A DNA stretch of 64,000 nt, taken from assembly GCA_037379345.1 (NCBI GenBank), contig CM074516.1:8556001-8620000 (forward strand). Direction: 5' to 3'. The notes beneath the pieces were generated by a model. It worked only from the letters and a program-made list of their open reading frames with translations. It was not told the origin of the DNA and made no database searches. Origin of the DNA: Perna viridis. Lineage: Eukaryota. The position numbers were made by a program, and so were the translations under genes. Every line of letters starts with the position of its first letter. Position 1 is the stretch's first letter. Positions 1 to 11,269 of this stretch are shown one piece after another.

Positions 1-48
1 TTTACTTCATTTTTGCAGAAAAAAAGAAGTTACAAGTATAAAAAACGT

Positions 49-793
49 AAACAAGACGCTGCAAGGACCCTAAATAGCTCACCTAGTTATTTTTTTTTTC
101 AAGGACAACAACTCTAACTTTAAGGAGCTGTCCAACAGTTTTGACTCAATTAAAACTTTGGTAAAACTTACCTGAAGGATCCTTTTATCAATTGAAAGTT
201 TCATTCTATCTATTATAGTTTTCAAAATATTGGCTGAAAACTGCTTAAAACGTATTTTGTTTGTCTTTCAAGGGCAAAAAATTTAACAAGGAGTCATCCA
301 ACAAGTTTGATCACCACAAACATTTGTAGGTCATGTCATAAGGATCATTTCATCAATTAAAAGTTATATTCTATCTATCATAGTTTTCAAGATATTGGCT
401 AAAATCTTTAAAAAAATAAATCATTTTTCACCTTTCAAGTGCAATAACTCTAACAAGGAAACGTCTGACAACTTTTTCTCCTTGGAGACTTTAGTAAGCC
501 TTATAATAAGGATCATTTCAGCAATAAAAAGAATTTGGCAAAACCTGACGGTTTTGGAGATATATGCAAAAAACTATTGTCTGACCTCTTTGTACTATTA
601 TTAGTAATGGCAGCCATGTTTTTCGACGAAACAAAAATCCCCATTTCAGTTCTATGGAGGATACCACAAGAAACATTCATATTAAGTTTGGTTCTAATTG
701 GTTAAGTAGTTTTAGAGGAGAAGAGTTTTGTAGAATTGTTAATGACGACAGACGTTGACGGACGCCAAGTGATGGCAATAGTTCATATGGTTT
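49..793. mobile_element. Non-autonomous Helentron/HINE (pearl-like) element with internal ~168-bp satellite-like monomers
   Basis: Ends AAACAAGA..TAGCTCACCT and GACGGACGCCAAGTGATGGCAATAG..CAGGTGAGCTAAAA (subterminal AGCTCACCT/AGGTGAGCT inverted motif). Three diverged monomers start at ~97, ~266 and ~433. A related copy lies at 47801-48728. Confidence 0.75.
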
Positions 794-1002
794 AGGGACA
801 GGTGAGCTAAAAATGATTTTTGCCTCAACAAGGTTTAAAAAGTAACCAAAAATACAAAAAAGTACAGTTTTGAATTGTTCAGATATGTTGAGTAAATCAT
901 TATCTTAATTATGAATGCCTAAAATATGAGTTTCACAGTGTCGGTATGGTGTGAATGAAAATTATGTTTGATACTGGGACCAGTTTTCTAGGGGTAGGGG
1001 GA

Positions 1003-1522
1003 GCCCTGAGCATGTCCGGGTGTTAAAAGAATAGGCCTGCAGCAGCACTAAGCTTGTCGTAAAAGGCGACTAAATAGTGCTCAGAAACCTAGCCGGGGGC
1101 TAGGCGCTCTGCCCACAGAGCAACTGGGATGTGTGCCTCAGGTGGTGGAATGGGGTACCCCTGGCATGTTGGATGCTTGGGTTTTCTGGCTGTGATACAG
1201 ATGGCCTGACCGCAGACCATAGTGGTGCACTGTGTTGGAAAGATGCCACGTTCCTTGCACGTTAAAGAACACTGCTGTGGTATTCGATAGGAGTAAGAAC
1301 CTTTGCGCTCCGCCACAGGAGGCTAAATTGCCCAATCTTACCCATCCCTCCCTTTAACTAGTGGCATTCTAAATTTGTCGACCCTATTATCCTTGTGTGG
1401 CATCCCTATTTTTTCATTTCATCATCATTCATGTTCATTTCATCATCTATTTCATGTTCATTATCTGAATATAGCTAAAATATTGCTGCTCGGACGTTAA
1501 ACCCCAACAATCAATCAATCAA
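1003..1522 (+). mobile_element. ~500-bp SINE-like retroposon without tRNA head, copy 1
   Basis: Homologous to 58346-58857 and 63088-63558. Has a (TCAA)n tail and a 14-bp TSD TCTA(G/A)GGGTAGGGG at 987-1000 and 1523-1536. Confidence 0.85.
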
Positions 1523-1939
1523 TCTAAGGGTAGGGGTAATATTTTTAACATTTTTTTGAAAACTCTTTCTTGAAAATTAGTTTTGGTGGTTTATTAAGGT
1601 AGAAAATTAAATCTAGTCATGCAATAACTTGTAGAGTGGAATTTATGTAAATTTCGCAGGAGTTGAAATTCCCATGTTTTTGGAATTAAAAAAATATATT
1701 CTTACTACGATAGTCGCCACAAGTCATCAACAGACTCCCAGGTGTATCAATTGCGATCATATTGAAGGTAAATAACAAATAAGCTATTTTTTACTATAGA
1801 ATAAACACTCTAGGGTGACTGGACAGACTACCCAAGTGTATTTCTAATCGGCGTTGTGACGTCTATTTTGCCTTTTACGGACTGATTTGAAGTTTACACT
1901 GGATCGGAAAGTTCTGGGGTCACATGTCATCATGAAATT

Positions 1940-2320
1940 TTTGTCCACATCATGTAAAGAAACCACATCACATAAAGAAGAAATCACTGCACGTAAAGAA
2001 AAGAAGATGCACATAAAGTATTTAGAGATCGACATAACGTAAAGATGAAACGACCTCACGTTATAAGAAAACCACTGCATGTAAAAATAAATCAACATAA
2101 TGTAAATATATGTTGACATAACGTAATCATAAAACGACAGAACATAAAGAAAAAATTACAGAACGTAAAGACGAAATGACAGAATGTAAAGATGAAATGG
2201 CAGAACGTAAAGACAAAACGACATAATGTAAAGATGTTCCTACATAACATAAATACAAAGTGACCAGATGTAATTATAAAACCACAGCAAGTAATATAAA
2301 ATTGACAACACGTAAACAAA
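1940..2320. repeat. Degenerate 21-bp minisatellite (consensus ~CAGAACGTAAAGACGAAATGA)
   Basis: Recurrent CGTAAA/TGTAAA motif at 21-nt spacing. It produces the spurious 7-aa periodic ORF 2092-2319. Confidence 0.8.
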
Positions 2321-3188
2321 TGTGTATCTCTTCAGACAGTTTAGGCGTTCCATACTTTAAGAACATGTTACTATAACATGTATAAGAAACAAGTTCTCAA
2401 TGACAATCTGATCACTTACTATATTCAATTAAAGTTACTGATAATACATATACTTATTCATTTGCAATTGTTGAAAATGGAATTATAGTATTAAACTTAT
2501 CATATTTGTTTATCATTTATTAGAATACATGTCCTTAAGATACAATTTCATACCAATGCGATAAAATATTCCAGTGGTGAAGTATGATTTCTCCCACTTC
2601 CTGACTCACTCCTCCCTATCACTCCTGGAAGGGAGAAGTCACGTCTCCTATTCACTGAATCCTAGATTATGCTCTGTGGATACATGTAAGTGAAGCATTG
2701 ATTTGGAATTTACAACGGCTAAACCATAGTACTGATGATATAACACCCTTTCGGAAACTTAACAAAATGCTGGCAACAAAATTAAATGTATAAATGTAAA
2801 AATAAGTCTAGTTTGAACTTCATGACCCTAAAATTCTGCTCCTTGGAAATTGACATGTAAGGAAGGGGTCATAATAAAGTACCACACCAAATTATTGGAA
2901 GTGTTTGAACTGCACGACCCAACAAACCTATATCCAGATACAAAGAGAGGAGAGGGTTGAAGGGTCAGAGAAACTTATCTCTGACCTTGCCTACGAGGAT
3001 TTCAGGCTCAACGTGACAATTTGCATCATCAGTTGAATCAAATGTGTTATTTAAACACATAAATTTTGCCAATATCAATTACCTTTTGTCGAATTAGATA
3101 GAGATTTACTTAAAAGTGAACAAGACCGTTGAAAAATCTTCACGAGTTGTTGACCGGAAGCCATTTTCCTATGTGATTATTGACAAAA

Positions 3189-3728
3189 CCTAGATGACAG
3201 CCCGATCACGAAGGTTTCTATTAAGCTAGTATGTTGTGTAGTATGTAATCCCTGGAAAAATCGGCACAATTTCACTTAAATGAGAAGTTAACGGAAGGTT
3301 TTCATTAGTCTCTAAAGTGGTTAATTGTCCTGCCCCGTGCAAATAGTTGCTTTACCCTTGGTTAATACATTCAGCTAGTATATATATCAGATATATGTAC
3401 ATAAGTCCCTGGTATATATCATTGACCTCCCGGATTATCTTAAACACGACAAATAGCGATTATTTGCTGACGACAGTATTATATATATACATGTATACCC
3501 ATTAAATGACAGAGTGGCTGCATTAAACTTCAATGTGATCTTGATGCAGCAGCAAAATGGTAACAAGACTGGCCAATGGCCTTCCACCATGATAAATGCA
3601 CTGTTCTCTCTGTCTCCTGTAAACGAAAACCCATCAAACACAGTTATTATATTCTTCATAACAACATCCAAGAAGTTGTCACATCAGATAAATATCTTCA
3701 GTCTAACCATGTTAAAATGGGACAAGCA
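3189..3728 (+). repeat. Left copy of a long direct repeat flanking the Gypsy element; includes a CR1/L2-type LINE RT fragment from ~3410
   Basis: Aligns to 11963-12462 at roughly 90% identity with a ~50-bp indel. Encodes IDLPDYL..RLFADDSIIY..LQCDLDAAAKW..W.MAFHHDKC. Confidence 0.9.
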
Positions 3729-4053
3729 GAAAGTGAGTTGGATGCTAGGATTTTGGAGCCCATCTCATCTCCTGGTGACATCACCGGTACATGTCCTCTA
3801 TGGTCCGAGAGAATTCCCACCTGGGGTGTGACTCATCCTTGATCCGACGTAACAGTTGTGCCACTTATATCGGAATGTTCTAACCTAATTCCACAACACC
3901 CCCTCTTTAAAGTTTAGTGTTAAAAAGGAGTAATTCATATTCCGACAAAAGTCAACTGTCTGAAATTCCTTTCACATCACTGATAGTGGTAACTATGGTG
4001 AATCGATTTGACCATTACATGTATGTCATCAGAGACAAACTCGCTCTCGGAAA
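3728..4053 (-). repeat. Inverted copy of the Gypsy 3' internal end, PPT and first ~167 bp of the LTR
   Basis: Reverse complement matches 11471-11791 at roughly 90-95%. On the minus strand the PPT AAAGAGGGGG (3899-3908) abuts the LTR start TGTTGTGG (3891-3898). Confidence 0.92.
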
Positions 4054-6455
4054 GACAACAAGGTCAACCAATACTTAGTCCGAGTGATGATTTGGCTAGA
4101 CTTAAACATAGTACTCCAAAAATGGACAAGAGGTCAATTGGGGTGACAGATAAACTTCGTCAAGTCAATAACGAAACAGATAACCTCAGAATGGAGTTGA
4201 ATCAGTTATGTCAACAATCTTTTGAACAACTGGCGGAGTCAAGTGGTGATGAGTCATTAAAATATTCATTAAACCAATCTGATATTGACGTTTTAACATC
4301 CAAGCGCCAAAAACAAGTAGGCTTCAACAACATTTCAAGTGATGTCAACAAATGTCAACAAAGTTTCAACAAGCCTCTACAAGTTTATACAGTGTCTTAA
4401 CAAATAACCATGGGTGTACCAGATAGCCCGATAGACACCATAAATAATTCTGAATGTCAGCAAAGTTATGATAGCTCTCAACAAGCTGTCAACAGGCTTC
4501 AACAAGGTGAATATGATAATAAATCACCTATGTTAGGTTCTCACCAACCAACATTTAAACAACCAAAAAGAGAGGCCTTTATATATGTTAAGCATCCATT
4601 CATCAGGTGTTGAAACACAATAAACAAGAATCAACATACATTCAACAAGATACCAAATGGAATGAAACGTTAGAACTATTTAAACAAGTAGTAAGTCAAC
4701 GTAATCATGTTCATCAGGTGATACTATCTAACCAAGTACCTCAATTACAACATCAACAAGGTATCAACAAGGTTCAACAACCTATCAACATTGCTAATGT
4801 GGGTACGGATCCAGTTCCACATTGACACATGTTAATATGCAGAATGATGGACTTTTACAAAATGTCAACAAACATCAACATCATTCAACTAACCATTAAC
4901 AGGATAGAGTAGCTTTCACCAGCTATCAACAAAGACCACATTATGTGTCTACACATAAACGAGATCAAAGGGTAACTGTACTAAGTCCCCAATATGTGAA
5001 AGCACATTCAACAGGTACGCAACAAGAATATAAGGATTTTTCCCCTAAGTCATCAGAGATCCATAGGTATCAACAATGTAATGAGACACCAGTAAGACCT
5101 AACACAATGAATATAGTGAATCACAGCACACATATCTCACGTAAAGCAGATGTATTGATTGAAGATAGCCATAAGACAGTGAGTTCGCACTCACAAATTC
5201 ATCGATTCGGAAGTAGACCAGTGGGTTTGATCCCAAAAGCTCCATGAGAGTTAGATCAACAATATAATGAGTATACAACTCAAGACTCTGAGTTGTCTGA
5301 TAGATCATCAATAGTTCGTCAGAGAAAAGGCAGACGACCGAAGGCTCAGGCTAGACGTGATAAGAACATAACTCGTAGATACGAGTCTGACTCTTCCACA
5401 GAAGAAAGTGACATTGTGTATGATGACTACAATCGACGACCAGTGGAACAGAGAAAGATAAGAGATAGTCATAGAACAAATCAAGAAAGTCATATGAGTA
5501 GACAATCGCTAAGGCAGCCAACCGAAGAAAAGAACCTTATCCAAGATACCTAGTGGTTTGAAGTTCACAGAGAAAGGTAATTGGAAGTCTTTTTATACCA
5601 AGTTTAAGGGGTATGCTAGATTGGAAGACTTGAATGATAAGGAAAAGCTTTATCAACTGTGTTTCTGTCTAGAGGATAAAGCAAGTGACTTCTACACTAT
5701 GCTTTTGGAACAGGACAAGACGATGTCGTTTGACACACTAATTCTAAAGATGGAGAAGAGATTTGGCCTTTTGGAGTTGCAGGAAACTTCGCAACTCCAG
5801 TTCAGACAATGTGTGCAAGAGCCAAATGAAACTTTAGAAAAATGGGCTGATAGAATTGTGTGGTTTGTAGCAAAAGCCTTTAAGGATTTTCCTGAAGAAC
5901 ATATGACTGAAGAGGCAATAATGAGATTTTGCTAAGGATGTGATGATGGTCAAAATGCATGCATGGCGAGGCCAAATTCTATAGAAGGTGCATTGGACAA
6001 AATTAAATGGTTCCAACATACTAGAAAAGCGTGTCAGTCTGTTACTAAGGTGGGTACACCTAAAACAGAATCAGAACAGAGTGTGAAACAAATAGATACA
6101 CCCGTGGTACAGGGATTGAGCCAGGACAATGGCGTTATGACTATTTTGAAGAAAATGAGTGACAACGTAACTTAGCTCAGTATGTACCAGAGACAAATGA
6201 AGACCAGACAAAGTAATCTTGAAAGACGACTGTCCCATTTCAAAAGGTGGAAACAGACGTTCTGAACCTCAAATGAGAAATTCTCCAGATACAGGGAGAA
6301 GACCCTATCAGGAAACACTTCCAGGTGATAGGAGTTATAGATATGGTAGAGGTATTGGTCGTGGATGGAGAAACGGTAGACGATCCAATGAGTGTTGGTA
6401 TTGTAGAATTCCAGGCCATTTTGCTATTGATTGCTCTGAGAGAAAACTAGGATGA
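4054..6455 (+). pseudogene. gag: Gag pseudogene: long Q/N/S-rich N-terminal region, capsid-like domain (~5558-5950), CCHC zinc knuckle (6393-6434)
   Basis: KFTEKGNWKSFYTKF..LEDKASDFY..EKRFG..FRQCVQEPNETLEKWADRI; CWYCRIPGHFAIDC fits CX2CX4HX4C. Broken into many ORFs. Confidence 0.85.
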
Positions 6456-6549
6456 AAAAAGGAAGCAATCCCAAAAGAGAAAGAAAAAGGGGAAGAAGTC
6501 CAAAGTAAAATTTGACTCTGAAAGTGATAACATTGAAGAAGCTAAAAAA

Positions 6550-6930
6550 GTGAATGATGGAACAGCCAGTGTAGCATCACTAGGAACAGCTAGTTTGTTA
6601 AGACTGAAGGGCTGTATCCAAGGTATTAATGTGAGTGCTATGATTGACACCGGTTCAGAAGTAACCATAATTCAGCAGAGGTTATTCAATCAATTGAGGA
6701 AAAAGCCATTTATTATCAATTATGCATGGAGCCGGGACAGAAATGTCAGTGAAGTGTAGTATAGTTAATCCAACGAAATTCTAATACAGGGTCAACCCTT
6801 CACTGAACGTCTGTACGTAGCACCCTTGGATTGTGATATGCTAATAGGGGATGATTTCCTAAGTAAACACAAAGCAACTATTGACTACAATAGGCTTGAA
6901 CTGACACTGGATGGGAGGTTTGAACTGACA
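6550..6930 (+). pseudogene. Retropepsin aspartic protease (degenerate)
   Basis: AMIDTGSEVTII active-site motif (~6638-6673) and downstream DMLIGDDFL motif (~6835-6861). Confidence 0.85.
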
Positions 6931-7399
6931 AAAGGTAGTGAGTCAGAAACTATAGCCTCTGAGATGAGAGTACATAAAGTGACAATTCCGTAGACTGTGG
7001 TGGTTCCTCCATATTCAACAGTAAAAATAATACTTGGACAGCATTGCATGAAAAATGATTATGTGGTTGAACCAGTAGAAGGAATGAAATTGTTCATGCC
7101 AAGTACAATATGTTCTAAAGAGAATGCTCCAACTGTGTGTATGCTGAATGTTGGTGATAATCCTGTAAAAATTCGGCAAGGAACAGACGTTGGTGTTGTA
7201 CACCCAGCATCAGTATTTCAGCCGAAGGATGAGAATACATCAGTCAGCACATGTGTCGGTCATAAGTCAATAGAAAAGATAGAGAATGATGAAATCCCTG
7301 AAAACTTGAAGGGATTGTACAAGGATGCTTGTGAACAGCTGAACCCAACACAAAAGAGGCAACTGAAAAGGTTGTCATTAAGATACCATGATGTATTTG

Positions 7400-8660
7400 C
7401 CACAAACGACTTTGATCTAGGAAACTTCATAGCAATTGAACATTCGATAGACACAGGAACAGCAAAACCAATCAAACACAGAATGCGTAGAACCCTAGAC
7501 TGTTTTGTGCGGGAAAGAAGCACATTTGCAGAAAATGTTAGAAGCAGGTGTAATACAACCTCCAATTTCGGAATGGTGCTCTGCACCAGTTCTGATACGT
7601 AAGAAAGATGGCGGAGTACGCTGTTGCATAGATTATAGGAAGCTGAATGCTGTGACAACTAACGATGTGTTTCCATTACCACTGATAAATGAGTGTCTTG
7701 ACACGTTGTCAGGAAATGTGTGGTATGCCAAGTAAGATGCCAATAGTGCCTACTGGTAAATTAATATTAAAGAAGAAGACCGAAAGAAGACAGCGTTTGT
7801 AGCAAAGTACAGTCTATATGAATGTGTAAAGATGGCATATGGGTTGTGCAACGCACCCGGAACTTATGCCAGGGTAATGAATTTTGTACTCCGAGGATTA
7901 ACTTGGAACACAATGTTGGCTTTCCTAGATGATATCTTGGTTCTCGGTACAACATTTGAAGAACATTTAAAGAACGTGGAAGAAGTATTTAAGCGTTTCA
8001 GGGAGTATCAATTGAACTTGAAACCCAGAAAATGTGCACTTTTCAAGGAATCAGTGGAATTCCTGGGAAGAGTTGTAAGTCAAGAAGGACTTGAAATCCG
8101 CCCACAACATTTAAAACCAGTGAAAGATTGGCCTATTCCAACATGTACTAAAGATGTGGAAAAGTTCCTAGGATTCGCCAATTATCATAGATCGTTCTTG
8201 AGAAATTAAGTTTCAGCACCACTGTATAAAATTACAGGCAAGAAACCATTTACTTTGAATCTTGAGAGACAGCAGTCCTTTGATCAACTGAAAAGAAGAT
8301 TACTTTCAGCTCCAGTGTTAACACTGCCGAATAGTAAAGATCCTTTCATCTTAGACACAGATGCGTCAGACAAGGCAATAGGTGCCGAATTAGTCCAGAT
8401 GCAGGATGGAAAAGAGCGAACTATTGCTTATGGTAGTTTAGTACTTACACCAGAACAACAGAGATATTGTACTACCAGGAAGGAAGTGCTTGCTGTGATT
8501 CCTATTGGGTACAGTTTGTAGCACGCACAGATCATAGTAGTCTCACATGGTTGACAAATTTTATAGAACCACAAGGCCAACTGGCTAGATGGATAGAAGA
8601 ACTGGGTCAGTATGATATGATTATCAAACATCGACCAGGACGTCATTATGGTAACGCTGA
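7400..8660 (+). pseudogene. pol: Gypsy reverse transcriptase and RNase H (degenerate)
   Basis: W.SAPVLIRKKDGGVRCCIDYRKLNAVT, MAYGLCNAPGTY, FLDDILV, VEFLGRVV, FLGFANYHRSF; RNase H motifs FILDTDASDKAIG, RYCTTRKE, RTDHSSLTWL, NADGLSR. Confidence 0.95.
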
Positions 8661-9194
8661 TGGTTTAAGCAGGATACCTGATGTAGTACCAAGCTGTACT
8701 GAGTATAGACCTAGAATCGAGCTAAATCAACTGCCATGTAATTGTTGCAAGTATTTCACCAGAGCTCATAGAGACTGGGCTAGATTTTTGCAGGAGGTTG
8801 ATGAAGCTGCACCTCTAACCAGGAAGGGGAAAGTAATAATAAACCGGTTGAAGAACCAGAAATAGCACTGGTTGAACTGTTTAATGAAACAGAGGAAACC
8901 AATGTAAGACCAAAATGTGGAGGGGAAGTTAATCACTGTTTAAGTACCAGTATAGAACTGGAGTGCTCTCCTACAAAGGCAATGATAATAGCAACCACAA
9001 GTGTGATGTGTGCTGTTATAGCTATATCCCGTGGGGAAGGAATTAGCTTGTCAGGCTTTTCTTCTGACGAGATAAGAAGCGAACAAGCAGAGGATTCGGA
9101 GCTAAAGCCTTAGTTAGCGTGGTTAAAAGTCGAGGAGGAGCCCACACAGAATGAACTGTTCATATCGACTAAGAGTTATTGGATTAACAAAGAA

Positions 9195-10360
9195 TTGTTT
9201 TTCCTGGATGAGGATGGTATACTGAAAAGTAATCCAAAGAAAGAGAGTGGAAATATCCGAATGGTGGTGCCAGATTCTTTAAAAAATCTGATCATGGAAT
9301 TATGCCATGAATTAAAAAGTTCAGGACATCAAGGTGTATCCAGAACCACCACGAGGGTGAAATACAAATATCATTGGTATAATGTGTCAAGAGACATCAA
9401 ACACTTCGTAGCGACATGTGAAATATGCAATAAGAATAAGAAGCCAACTAGGTATGGGAATTGCCCTATGACCAATTATCAAGCTGGTTATCATATGGAA
9501 AGAGTATGGATTTCATGGGTCCTCTCCCGTAAACGAAAAGCGGGAATGAATATATACTAATGATGGTGGATTAATTCACTGCTGAATGTATACCATTGCT
9601 ATCCAAGACAGCAGAAGTGACAGCCCAATCTGCAGTGATTGAATTTTTTAGCAGATTCGGATACCCTTTTGAGATATTCTCTGATCAAGGAAGAAATTTT
9701 GAGAGTACTTTATTTAAGGCGGTATGTGATTTACTTCAGATTCACAAAGCTAGAACGACGCCTTATAGACCCTCTGCGAATGGTCAGGTGGAAAGACAAA
9801 ATCGAAGTTTAATAGATGCAGCGAGATGTTTTGTAAGTAAGCAGCAAGACAACAGGGATGCTCACTTAGCCCAATTAGCTGGAGCATTAAGACCTAGTGT
9901 AAACCGAAGTATTGGGTATACCCCAAATATGCTGATGTTAGGTCGTGGGACAAATCAGCTAGTAGATTTGATGTATAGGGGTACAGGTACGAACACATAT
10001 GAGGGACCAGATGAGTATGTGGTATCACTAGAGAAAGCAATTCATGATGCACATGAGGTTGCCCGGAAGACTCTAAAGACCACCCAATTGAAGATGAAGA
10101 ATTATGACCTTCGTGTATTCGAGAAGCAATATAAAATTGGAGATCTGGTATATGTTTTCGATAGTGCCCATCGTCTTGGAAAGGCCCAGGAATAGTACTG
10201 GCTATGATTACATCTTATGTTTATAAGGTGACGATCCAAAGAACTGTGTTTAACACAAACCATGATCGTTTGAAAGTGTGTAGAGATAGGAAAATTCCGT
10301 CATGGTTGAGTATGTGTAGAGAGAAGCTGCTACAAGGTGAGAATGTTCTCATCAAGAAGT
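9195..10360 (+). pseudogene. Gypsy integrase (HHCC, DDE core, GPY/F-like WKGP) (degenerate)
   Basis: CHELKSSGHQG..CEIC; IFSDQGRNFES; RTTPYRPSANGQVER; WKGP at ~10178-10190; NHDRLK at ~10258. Confidence 0.93.
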
Positions 10361-10372
10361 AAAAAACCACAG

Positions 10373-10510
10373 TATTGTGTGTGTAGAGGACCAAATACCG
10401 GTGAGATGATGGTTCAGTGTGATAACTGCAAAGAATGGTTCCACCTGTCATGTATAAAGATCAGTCCCTAAGATGCTGACGAAATGGAGACGTATATATG
10501 TCCTAACTCT
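10373..10510 (+). pseudogene. PHD finger at the integrase C-terminus (not in ORF track)
   Basis: Manual translation YCVCRGPNTGEMMVQCDNCKEWFHLSCIKISP*DADEMETYICPNS gives C-x1-C-x11-C-x2-C-x4-H-x2-C-x15-C-x2-(S, TCT one change from TGT). Confidence 0.9.
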
Positions 10511-11269
10511 CGGTTCGTAGCGTCGCGGAACTCACAAAGGCAATAGCCCTTCCCTTAAAAAAGTAGGGGAAGGGGAAGTGGTGGAAGGATACCCAGGGGA
10601 AAGGAAGTGCTTTCCCAGAGTGGGTTAAGGGTGATTCACTCCGAAAAGAGGGATCTCCAATGGCAGGGATGATACAAGCCAATAGGATAATTTAGGCCAT
10701 TTTCAAAAATATAGTTGTGATTTTGTGAAAAGTTTAAGTTATTACTTTTCTGTATTAATTGTATTTTGTATGTTGATTAAATACATGTATTTAGAATAAG
10801 ATTAATTCTAAAGTTTCTGAGGGTTATGTTAGATACGTCCTTTGAATGAGACGTTAAACCGATGCCCCATGTGCAAGGAAACGTCACGCCTTGTGCATGA
10901 GTGGTTGGTGTAAAGGTCTAAATTATTTCATTTAATTTTTAAAATATAGTAATGTTTTCAAGTGACAATCAAAAGTTTTAAAAGTCTATTATGTTTCAAT
11001 AGTGATTAGTCACGTAAAGTTGATATATTTTTACTGGACAATTCATGTTAAGTCGTAGCACTTACCGGAAACTGCAGATATGGTCGTGCGATTTGTAATC
11101 TTGTGGAGAGACGTCAGGAAAAAGTTCATTGGATGTACACATACTCGGGCGGAGTAAGGTGTTGTTCGATGACCATGGTGGTTTGTCACCTGATGGTAAT
11201 TGGTATTTCAGTGAAACCAAGCGAAAGCTGTTGAGCTAGGGTTGCGGGTTGAATGAGACTGAAATGGAG

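Noticed and set aside
1089-1335. ORFs within the SINE-like copies (also 58369-58812 and 63032-63436)
   Set aside because: GC-richer repeat sequence gives open frames that are not conserved between copies.
2732-2760. Hammerhead-like CTGATGA..GAAA (also near 30540)
   Set aside because: No stem I or II pairing and no related copies; expected by chance.
3189-3728. Direct repeats 3189-3728 / 11963-12462 as the element's LTRs
   Set aside because: They lack TG..CA ends and a PBS, contain a LINE RT fragment that continues past the right copy, and the true LTR is defined by the PPT at 11617-11624.
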